From an uncultured Agromyces sp. (GTDB taxonomy: Bacteria > Actinomycetota > Actinomycetes > Actinomycetales > Microbacteriaceae), in contig CBFGWW010000001.1 in assembly GCA_965652625.1 (NCBI GenBank), forward strand, positions 1 to 53,050: a DNA stretch of 53,050 nucleotides, given 5' to 3'. Position numbers and translations under genes: made by a program. Positions 37,346 to 45,352 of the stretch are shown in pieces. The notes beneath the pieces are model-generated. The model made no database searches, was not told the origin of the DNA, and saw nothing but the letters and a program-made list of their open reading frames with translations. How positions within the stretch are numbered: the stretch's first letter is position 1; the number at the start of each line of letters is the position of its first letter.

Positions 37346-39394
37346 ATGGACGATCGCTCGAACCCGTTCCTCGAACCCAGTCCGCTCCCCTATCGCCTCC
37401 CGCTGTTCGGGCTCGTGCGGCCCGAGCACTACCGAGAAGCGATCGAGGCGGGCATGCGCGAGCAGCGCGCCGAGGTCGAGGCGATCGCCGCGGATGCCGC
37501 GCCGCCGAGCTTCGAGAACACGCTCGTCGCCCTCGAGCGGTCGGGCGTCCTGCTCCGCCGCGTGCTGCCCGTCTTCGCGAACGCGAGCTCGGCCGACGCG
37601 AGCGACGAGCTCGACGCCCTCGAGGCGGAGCTGGCGCCGAAGCTCGCCGCGCATCGCGACGCCATCCGCCTGGACCCGCGCCTGTTCGCGCGCATCGGGG
37701 TGCTGCACGGCCTCCGCGAGGAGCTGGACCTCGACCCCGACGAGGCGTACCTCCTCGACCGCAGCCACACCGAGGCGGTCCTGGCGGGCGCGGGGCTCGA
37801 TGAGGAGGGGCGCGCCCGGCTCACCGAGCTCAACGAACGCCTGTCCTCGCTCACCACGGCGTTCCAGCAGGACCTGCTGGCCGATACGAACGACCTCGCG
37901 CTGCACCTCGCCGACGAGGCGGAGCTCGACGGGCTGGATGCCGGCGCGCGGTCGACGGCCCGTGAGGCGGCCCGCTCCCGTGATCTCGACGGGTGGCTCA
38001 TCACGCTCGTGCTCCCGACGGGTCAGCCGGCGCTCGCGGCGCTCACGCGACCCGATGTGCGCGACCGCCTCCTCGCCGCGTCCCGGGCGCGCGGCGCCCG
38101 CGGCGGAGCGCACGACACCCGAGCCGGGCTGCTCGAGATCGTGCGCCTGCGCGCCGAGCGGGCGAGGCTGCTCGGGTTCCCCGACCATGCCGCGGCCGTG
38201 ACCGCCGGCGAGACGGCGGGCTCCCCCGAGGCCGTCGCGGCCCTGCTCGACGAACTCGTGCCGGCCGCGACCGCGAACGTCGCGCGCGAGCGCGCCGACC
38301 TGGCGGCACGAGCCTCGGCCGCGGGTGCACGCACGCCCGTCGCCGCCGACTGGGCGTACCTCGCCGAGCAGGTGCGCGCCGAGCGCCACGACGTCGACCT
38401 CGCGGCCCTGCGACCGTACTTCGAGCTCGACCGCGTGCTGGTCGACGGCGTCTTCCACGCCGCGCGCCTGCTCTTCGGCCTCCGGTTCGCCCGCCGCGAC
38501 GACCTCGTCGGCTACCACCCCGACACGCGCGTCTACGAGGTGTTCGAGGCCGACGGCTCCCCCGTCGGCCTGTACCTCTTCGACCCGTACACGCGCGACT
38601 CGAAGCGGGGCGGGGCGTGGATGAGCGCGCTCGTCGACCAGTCCGAGCTCACGGGCGACCTGCCCGTGGTCGTCAACAACATGAACATCCCGAAGCCCGC
38701 CGCCGGCGAGCCGACCCTCCTCACCTTCGACGAGACCGAGACGCTGTTCCACGAGTTCGGGCACGCCCTGCACGGCCTGCTCGCGCGCGTACGGTATCCG
38801 TCGCAGGCGGGCACGAACGTCTTCCGCGACTTCGTCGAGCTGCCGAGCCAGGTGAACGAGCTGTGGGTGCTGCGTCCCGAGGTGCTCGGGCACTACGCCG
38901 TGCACCACGAGACGGGCGAGCGGATGCCGCAGCAGCTCGCCGACCGCCTCATCGCCGCGCGCGGGTTCAACCAGGGCTTCGAGACGGCGGAGTACCTCGG
39001 CGCCGCCGTGCTCGACCAGGCGTGGCACCGCCTCGGCGCGGAGGACGAGGTGGCCGACGTGACCGACGTCGCCGTGTTCGAGCACGCGGCACTCGCGGCC
39101 GCGGGCCTCGCCGACCCGCTCGTGCCGCCGCGCTACTCGAGCGCGTACTTCGCGCACGTGTTCGCGGGCGGCTACGACGCCGGGTACTACTCGTACATCT
39201 GGAGCGAGGTGCCGGGTGCCGACGTCATGGAGTGGTTCGAGCGCAACGGCGGCGCGACCCGCGAGAACGGCGATCGGTACCGCCGCGAAGTACTCGAGCC
39301 GGGCGGCTCACGCGATCCGGGCGAGTCGATCCGCGCGCTGCTCGGACGCGAGCCGTCGATCGACGCGCTGCTGCGGCGCCGCGGCCTCGCCTGA
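37346..39394 (+). CDS. dcp: M3 family metallopeptidase (peptidyl-dipeptidase Dcp)
   Basis: SKRGGAWM, HEFGHALH, DFVELPSQ, GYYSYIWSE. Confidence 0.92.
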   Translation: MDDRSNPFLEPSPLPYRLPLFGLVRPEHYREAIEAGMREQRAEVEAIAADAAPPSFENTLVALERSGVLLRRVLPVFANASSADASDELDALEAELAPKLAAHRDAIRLDPRLFARIGVLHGLREELDLDPDEAYLLDRSHTEAVLAGAGLDEEGRARLTELNERLSSLTTAFQQDLLADTNDLALHLADEAELDGLDAGARSTAREAARSRDLDGWLITLVLPTGQPALAALTRPDVRDRLLAASRARGARGGAHDTRAGLLEIVRLRAERARLLGFPDHAAAVTAGETAGSPEAVAALLDELVPAATANVARERADLAARASAAGARTPVAADWAYLAEQVRAERHDVDLAALRPYFELDRVLVDGVFHAARLLFGLRFARRDDLVGYHPDTRVYEVFEADGSPVGLYLFDPYTRDSKRGGAWMSALVDQSELTGDLPVVVNNMNIPKPAAGEPTLLTFDETETLFHEFGHALHGLLARVRYPSQAGTNVFRDFVELPSQVNELWVLRPEVLGHYAVHHETGERMPQQLADRLIAARGFNQGFETAEYLGAAVLDQAWHRLGAEDEVADVTDVAVFEHAALAAAGLADPLVPPRYSSAYFAHVFAGGYDAGYYSYIWSEVPGADVMEWFERNGGATRENGDRYRREVLEPGGSRDPGESIRALLGREPSIDALLRRRGLA

Positions 39395-39410
39395 GCGGCC
39401 GAGGAAACGA

Positions 39411-39445
39411 CGACGCCCCGGATGCGCGCGGCATCCGGGGCGTCG
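39411..39445. terminator. Bidirectional terminator-like hairpin containing an inverted GGATGC pair
   Basis: Perfect 15-bp stem CGACGCCCCGGATGC / GCATCCGGGGCGTCG between convergent stops. Confidence 0.75.
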
Positions 39446-39461
39446 GAGTCGAAGCCGGTCG

Positions 39462-39791
39462 CTAGATCGCGAACCCGAGGGCGCGCATCATGTCGCGCCC
39501 GTCGTCGGTGATGCGCTCGGGCCCCCACGGCGGCATCCACACCCAGTTGATGCGGAACGCGTCGACGATGCCGTCGAGGGCCTCGGCGGTCTGCTCCTCG
39601 AGCACGTCGGTGAGGGGGCATCCGGCGCTCGTCAGCGTCATGTGGATGACGAGCGCGTCGTGCTCCTCGTCCCAGCCGAGGTCGTAGATCAGGCCGAGGT
39701 CGACGACGTTGACGCCGAGCTCGGGGTCCATCACGTCTTTGAGCGCCTCGGTGACCGCGTCGTAGCGCTCGGGTGCGAGTGTGGTGACCAT
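39462..39791 (-). CDS. sufT: Metal-sulfur cluster assembly factor (DUF59/SufT)
   Basis: DPELGVNVVDLGLIY, TLTSAGCP, PPW. Confidence 0.9.
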   Translation of the reverse strand: MVTTLAPERYDAVTEALKDVMDPELGVNVVDLGLIYDLGWDEEHDALVIHMTLTSAGCPLTDVLEEQTAEALDGIVDAFRINWVWMPPWGPERITDDGRDMMRALGFAI

Positions 39792-39811
39792 GGTGCGAGT
39801 CTACCCGCGCC

Positions 39812-40579
39812 CTACTGGGCGGCGGCCTCGGCCACGTTGTAGCGGTCGTAGCCCTCTTCCTCGAGCCGCTCGGCGAGCTCGGGGCCGCCCTGCTCGGCGA
39901 TCCTGCCCGCGACGAACACGTGCACGAAGTCGGGGTGGATGTAGCGGAGGATGCGCGTGTAGTGCGTGATGAGCAGGATGCCGAGGCCGGTGTTGGCCTT
40001 GGCGCGGTTCACGCCCTCGGACACGATCTTGAGCGCGTCGACGTCGAGGCCGGAGTCGGTCTCGTCGAGCACGGCGAAGCGCGGCTTCAGCAGCTCGAGC
40101 TGGAGGATCTCGTTCCGCTTCTTCTCGCCGCCCGAGAAGCCCTCGTTGACGTTGCGCTCGGCGAAGCCCGGGTCCATGCGGAGGTTCGACATGGACTCGC
40201 GCACGTCCTTGACCCAGCCGCGGATCGAGGGCGCCTCGCCGTCGATCGCGGTCTTCGCGGTGCGGAGGAAGTTGGTGACGGTGACGCCGGGGATCTCGAC
40301 GGGGTACTGCATTGCGAGGAAGAGCCCGGCGCGGGCGCGCTCGTCGACCGTCATCTCGAGCACGTTCTCGCCGTCGAGCAGGATCTCGCCCTGGACGACG
40401 GTGTACTTCGGGTGACCGGCGATCGTGTAGGCGAGGGTCGACTTGCCGGAGCCGTTCGGCCCCATGATCGCGTGGATCTCGCCCTCGTTGATGGTGAGGT
40501 CGACGCCGCGGAGGATCTCGCGGACGCCCTGGTCGGTCTCGACGTTGACGTGCAGGTTCTTGATCTCGAGCACGGACAT
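39812..40579 (-). CDS. sufC: Fe-S cluster assembly ATPase
   Basis: GPNGSGKST, QYPVEIPGV, FSGGEKKRNE, LDETDSGLD. Confidence 0.97.
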   Translation of the reverse strand: MSVLEIKNLHVNVETDQGVREILRGVDLTINEGEIHAIMGPNGSGKSTLAYTIAGHPKYTVVQGEILLDGENVLEMTVDERARAGLFLAMQYPVEIPGVTVTNFLRTAKTAIDGEAPSIRGWVKDVRESMSNLRMDPGFAERNVNEGFSGGEKKRNEILQLELLKPRFAVLDETDSGLDVDALKIVSEGVNRAKANTGLGILLITHYTRILRYIHPDFVHVFVAGRIAEQGGPELAERLEEEGYDRYNVAEAAAQ

Positions 40580-40642
40580 GTTCTGGTGGTATCTCTTTCG
40601 TTCGTCGGCCGCTCCGGGCCGGAAGCTGGTGGGTCGGGCGGG

Positions 40643-40969
40643 TCAGACGGTCAGGGTGACCGACGGGTCGATGTGCACGTCGCCGTCCTTCACCTCGACC
40701 TGGAACACGGGGACGGGCTCGTAGGCGGGGAGGGTCAGCGGCTTGCCGGTCGTGAGCGAGAACTTCGAGCCGTGCGCCCAGCACTCGAGCGTGTCGTCCT
40801 CCACGAAGCCCTCGGCGAGGGAGATGTCGCCGTGCGTGCAGGTGTCGCCGATGGCGAAGATGTCGCCCGCGGCGTCCTTCACGACGGCGATCGGCACGCC
40901 CTCGACCACGAAGCGCGCGGCCTCGTTGGTGCCGAGGTCGTCGACGGCGCAGACTCGAACGGATGCCAC
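40643..40969 (-). CDS. Rieske-type [2Fe-2S] ferredoxin
   Basis: CTH...CWAH ligands; located inside the suf operon. Confidence 0.92.
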   Translation of the reverse strand: MASVRVCAVDDLGTNEAARFVVEGVPIAVVKDAAGDIFAIGDTCTHGDISLAEGFVEDDTLECWAHGSKFSLTTGKPLTLPAYEPVPVFQVEVKDGDVHIDPSVTLTV

Positions 40970-40970
40970 G

Positions 40971-42155
40971 TCAGCTCCCCTGCAGCTCGGCCTCGAGCGC
41001 GGCGGTGAGCCGCTCCTCGAGCTCGGGCGAGCCGATCTTCTGGACGATCTCGGTGAGGAAGCCGCGCACCACGAGCCGGCGCGCCTCGTCTTCACGGATG
41101 CCGCGAGCCATCAGGTAGAACAGCTGCTCGTCGTCGAAGCGGCCGGTCGCGCTCGCGTGGCCGGCCCCCTCGATGTCGCCGGTCTCGATCTCGAGGTTCG
41201 GCACCGAGTCGGCGCGGGTGCCGTCGGTGAGCACGAGGTTGCGGTTCTGCTCGTAGCTGTCGGTGCCGACCGCGGCGTTGCCGATGAGCACGTCGCCGAT
41301 CCAGACGCTGCGCGCGCCCTCGCCCTGCAGCGCGCCCTTGTAGGTCACGCGGCTGCGGGTGTGCGGCGCGTCGTGGTGCACGAAGACCTGCTGCTCGAGG
41401 TGCTGGCCGGCGTCGGCGAAATAGAGGCCGAGCGCCTCGACGTCGGACCCCTGCTCGGCGAGGTGCGTCGACGGGTTGACCCGCACGACCTTGCCGCCGA
41501 GGGAGACGACGATGTGCTTGAGGAACGAGTCGCGGCCGAGGCGCGCGAAATGGCTCGCGAGGTGCACCGCGTCGTCGTCCCACTCCTGGAGCGACACGAC
41601 CGTGAGCGACGCGCCCTCGCCGACGATGATCTCGACGTTCTCGCTGAGGCGGGCCGGCCCGGTGCCGCGGAGCACGATGAGGCCGCGGCTGTTCGGCGCC
41701 GCCTGGATGACCGTGTGCGCGGCGCGCGGCGCCTCGCCGAGCCCGTGGCGGGTGACGACGACGGTCTTCTCGTCCTCGCCGTCGACCGTCACGAGGAGGG
41801 CCTCGCCGAAGGTCGACCACGCGTTGGCGGCGGCGCGCTCCTCGGGGATCCCGCCGGTGCCGCCCACGCGGGCGTCGTCGCGGTCGATCCACGACACGTC
41901 GATGCCCGCGGCATCCGTCGACTCGACCTCGACGCGCGAGCCGTCGAGCTCGCCGCCGGTGAGGTCGGCGAACGTGGCGACGGGTGAGAGCTTCCACTCG
42001 TGCTCGCGGCCGGTGACCGGGGCGAAGTCGTCGACGTTCACCGAGCGGAAGCGCTCGGAGCGCGTCTGCACGGGCACGAAGGCGCCGTCGGAGTGCGGGC
42101 GGAAGCCGTGCTGCTCGGCGGTGGGCATGGCTGTGCTCTGCGTTGCGGCGGTCAT
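40971..42155 (-). CDS. sufD: Fe-S cluster assembly protein SufD
   Basis: [25 protein letters not shown]. Confidence 0.95.
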   Translation of the reverse strand: MTAATQSTAMPTAEQHGFRPHSDGAFVPVQTRSERFRSVNVDDFAPVTGREHEWKLSPVATFADLTGGELDGSRVEVESTDAAGIDVSWIDRDDARVGGTGGIPEERAAANAWSTFGEALLVTVDGEDEKTVVVTRHGLGEAPRAAHTVIQAAPNSRGLIVLRGTGPARLSENVEIIVGEGASLTVVSLQEWDDDAVHLASHFARLGRDSFLKHIVVSLGGKVVRVNPSTHLAEQGSDVEALGLYFADAGQHLEQQVFVHHDAPHTRSRVTYKGALQGEGARSVWIGDVLIGNAAVGTDSYEQNRNLVLTDGTRADSVPNLEIETGDIEGAGHASATGRFDDEQLFYLMARGIREDEARRLVVRGFLTEIVQKIGSPELEERLTAALEAELQGS

Positions 42156-42158
42156 TCT

Positions 42159-43577
42159 CTAGCCGACCGATCCTTCCATGCCCATCTCGATGAGCTTGTT
42201 GAGTTCCATCGCGTACTCCATGGGGAGCTCGCGCGCGATGGGCTCGATGAAGCCGCGCACGATCATCGCCATGGCCTCGTCTTCGGGGATGCCCCGAGCC
42301 ATCAGGTAGAAGAGCTGCTCCTCGCTGACCTTCGAGACCGTGGCCTCGTGGCCGAGCACGACGTCGTCGACGCGGATGTCGATCGCCGGGTAGGTGTCGG
42401 AGCGGGAGATGGTGTCGACGAGCAGGGCGTCGCAGCGCACCGTGTTCGCCGCGTGGTGGGCGTTGGCGTCGACGCGGACCTCGCCGCGGTAGCCGGCGCG
42501 ACCGCCGCCGCGCGCGATCGACTTCGAGACGATCGACGACTGCGTGTACGGCGCCATGTGGATCATCTTGGCGCCGGCGTCCTGGTGCTGGCCCGGGCCC
42601 GCGAACGCGACCGAGAGGGTCTCGCCCTTGGCGTGCTCGCCCATGAGGAAGATCGACGGGTACTTCATCGTGACCTTCGAGCCGATGTTGCCGTCGATCC
42701 ACTCCATGGTGGCGCCCTCCGCGGCGGTGGCGCGCTTGGTCACGAGGTTGTAGACGTTGTTCGACCAGTTCTGGATCGTCGTGTAGCGCACCCGGGCGTT
42801 CTTCTTCACGATGATCTCGACGACCGCCGAGTGCAGCGAGTCCGACTTGTAGATCGGGGCGGTGCAGCCCTCGATGTAGTGCACGTAGGAGCCCTCGTCG
42901 GCGATGATGAGCGTGCGCTCGAACTGGCCCATGTTCTCGGTGTTGATGCGGAAGTAGGCCTGCAGCGGGATCTCGACGTGCACGCCCTTCGGCACGTAGA
43001 CGAACGAGCCGCCCGACCAGACCGCGGTGTTCAGCGCGGCGAACTTGTTGTCGCCGGCCGGGATCACGGTGCCGAAGTACTCCTCGAAGAACTCGGGGTG
43101 CTCGCGCAGCGCCGTGTCGGTGTCCATGAAGATGACGCCCTGGCGCTCGAGTTCCTCGTTGATCTGGTGGTACACCACCTCGGACTCGTACTGCGCGGCG
43201 ACGCCGGCCACGAGGCGCTGGCGCTCGGCCTCGGGGATGCCGAGGCGCTCATAGGTGTTCTTGATGTCGTCGGGAAGGTCTTCCCAGGTCTGGGCCTGCT
43301 TCTCGGTGGAGCGGACGAAGTACTTGATGTTGTCGAAGTCGATCTCCGACAGGTCGGCACCCCAGGTGGGCATCGGCTTGCGCTCGAAGAGCTGCAGCGC
43401 GCGCTGGCGGCGCTGGAGCATCCATTCGGGCTCCTCTTTCAGCCGCGAGATGTCGGCGACGACCTCGGGCGAGATGCCGCGTCGGGCGGATGCGCCGGCG
43501 ACATCGGAGTCGGCCCAGCCGAACTCGTACGTGCCGAGCCCTTCCAGTTCGGGGCGGTCGATCAGTACGTCCGTCAT
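42159..43577 (-). CDS. sufB: Fe-S cluster assembly protein SufB
   Basis: [34 protein letters not shown]; no intein. Confidence 0.97.
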   Translation of the reverse strand: MTDVLIDRPELEGLGTYEFGWADSDVAGASARRGISPEVVADISRLKEEPEWMLQRRQRALQLFERKPMPTWGADLSEIDFDNIKYFVRSTEKQAQTWEDLPDDIKNTYERLGIPEAERQRLVAGVAAQYESEVVYHQINEELERQGVIFMDTDTALREHPEFFEEYFGTVIPAGDNKFAALNTAVWSGGSFVYVPKGVHVEIPLQAYFRINTENMGQFERTLIIADEGSYVHYIEGCTAPIYKSDSLHSAVVEIIVKKNARVRYTTIQNWSNNVYNLVTKRATAAEGATMEWIDGNIGSKVTMKYPSIFLMGEHAKGETLSVAFAGPGQHQDAGAKMIHMAPYTQSSIVSKSIARGGGRAGYRGEVRVDANAHHAANTVRCDALLVDTISRSDTYPAIDIRVDDVVLGHEATVSKVSEEQLFYLMARGIPEDEAMAMIVRGFIEPIARELPMEYAMELNKLIEMGMEGSVG

Positions 43578-43826
43578 GCTCTCCCTCTTCTCCTCCCGTG
43601 CGACCGGCTATCAGTCCGGCTCATGCCCCCTCGCGGGTCGAGGTGCTCGACGGGAGGGCGATGATGTGCGGGTGGCTCCAGTGCGAACCTAAGATGGTTG
43701 GCAACCCGTATCGCGCGTTGGCGCGCCTCGCGGGATCTCCAACCCCTCAAGTCTATAGGGTCGCACTCCCGGCTGGTCCGATCTCCCAGTGCCGTCACAG
43801 TCCGACCCGGATCAGGACCCGTCAGC

Positions 43827-44753
43827 GTGAATCGCTTCACCCAGTGGCTGCCCGATCGCGTCGACACGCGGATCCGCGTGTTCGCGTGGCTCTCGTTCGC
43901 CGTGCAGACGATCATCATCGGCACGGGCGGCGCGGTTCGCCTCACGGGTTCGGGCCTCGGATGCCCCACCTGGCCGACCTGCACAGCCGACTCGCTCGTG
44001 CCCACGGAGGAGCTCGGCTACCACTCGCTCATCGAGTTCGGGAACCGCATGATGACGGGCGTCGTCGGCATCGTCGCGCTCGTGCTGTTCGTGCTCGTGT
44101 GGCGCATCCGCCGCGAGCGGCGCGACCTGTTCACGCTCGCGTTCATCGTGGGCGCCGGCGTCGTCGCGCAGGCGATCGTCGGCGGCATCACCGTGTGGAC
44201 GGGGCTCAACCCGTTCATCGTCGGATTCCACTACGTGTCGTCGCTCCTGCTCGTGTGCGTGTGCGCGGCGTTCATCGTGCGCATGGACGCGGCCGCCGGT
44301 CCCCGCGAGCTCGCCGTCCCGGGCTGGTATTCCGGCCTCACGCACGCCACGACCGCCGCGCTCGCCCTCACGATCGTGTTCGGCATCCTCACGACGGGCG
44401 CGGGCCCGCACTCCGGGGATGTCGCGGCCGGCCGCAACGGCTTCGAAGCCGAGCTCCTCGAGCACGTGCACGCGTGGCCGGGCTACGCCCTGCTCGCCCT
44501 GACCGTCGCGCTGGTCGCCGGCGCGTGGCGCCTGCGGCTGCCGACCCTCCGCTGGACGATCGTGCTCCTCACGGCCGAGCTCGTGCAGATCGCCGTCGGC
44601 CTCTACCAGGCGCGCAACGGCCTTCCGCCGCTCGCCGTGGGCGTGCACATGGTGCTCGCCGCGCTCACCGCCGCCGCGATGACCGTGGTGGTGCTGCGGC
44701 TCAAGCGCCCCGTCCCGGCCGACCGGCCGGTGGAGGCATCCGTCGGCGCATGA
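43827..44753 (+). CDS. ctaA: Heme A synthase (COX15/CtaA family)
   Basis: GGAVRLTGSGLGCPTWPTC, IEFGNR, GAGPHSGD, multiple TM helices with His residues. Confidence 0.9.
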   Translation: MNRFTQWLPDRVDTRIRVFAWLSFAVQTIIIGTGGAVRLTGSGLGCPTWPTCTADSLVPTEELGYHSLIEFGNRMMTGVVGIVALVLFVLVWRIRRERRDLFTLAFIVGAGVVAQAIVGGITVWTGLNPFIVGFHYVSSLLLVCVCAAFIVRMDAAAGPRELAVPGWYSGLTHATTAALALTIVFGILTTGAGPHSGDVAAGRNGFEAELLEHVHAWPGYALLALTVALVAGAWRLRLPTLRWTIVLLTAELVQIAVGLYQARNGLPPLAVGVHMVLAALTAAAMTVVVLRLKRPVPADRPVEASVGA

Positions 44754-45352
44754 GGATCGAGCATCGCGGTCGCACGCCGCGCATCGACCCCGCGGCCACG
44801 GTCGCGCCGGGCGCGATCGTGTCGGGCGACGTGGTGATCGAGGCCGGGGCGCGCATCCTGCACGGCGCGGTGCTCACCGCCGAGGACGGCGAGGTGCGCG
44901 TCGGGCGTGGGTCCGTGGTGCTCGAGCACGCCGTCATCCGCGGTCGCGCGGGGCATCCGGCCGTCATCGGCTCGCACGTGATGGTGGGCCCGCACGCGCA
45001 CGTCAACGGCGCGACGGTCGGCGACCGGGCGTTCATCGCGACCGGAGTGTCGCTGTTCCCCGGCGCGGTCGTCGGCGAGGGCGGCGAGGTGCGCGTCAAC
45101 GGCGTCGTGCAGGTGAACACGACGCTCGAGCCCGGCGCCGTGGTGCCGATCGGCTGGGTGGCCGTCGGCTCCCCCGCACGCATCCTCTCCCCCGACCGGC
45201 ACGAGGAGATCTGGGCGATCCAGCAGGCGCTCGACTTCCCGGGCACGGTCTACGGCGTCGACCGCGCCGTCGGCATGGAAGAGCTCATGCGCCGCCAGTC
45301 GGCGTTCTACGCCGCGCACGACGGCGACCGCGAGCTGGACGAGCTCGATTAG
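44750..45352 (+). CDS. Gamma-carbonic-anhydrase-like hexapeptide-repeat protein
   Basis: PRIDPAATVAPGAIVSGDVVI, left-handed beta-helix repeats, GSPARI; ATGA overlap with ctaA. Confidence 0.85.
   Translation: MRIEHRGRTPRIDPAATVAPGAIVSGDVVIEAGARILHGAVLTAEDGEVRVGRGSVVLEHAVIRGRAGHPAVIGSHVMVGPHAHVNGATVGDRAFIATGVSLFPGAVVGEGGEVRVNGVVQVNTTLEPGAVVPIGWVAVGSPARILSPDRHEEIWAIQQALDFPGTVYGVDRAVGMEELMRRQSAFYAAHDGDRELDELD

Noticed and set aside
42159-43577. Intein in SufB, as in some mycobacteria
   Set aside because: The protein is a normal 472 aa with no insertion
43675-43700. DtxR/IdeR box upstream of sufB
   Set aside because: Only one half-site (AACCTAA) matches; there is no 19-bp palindrome
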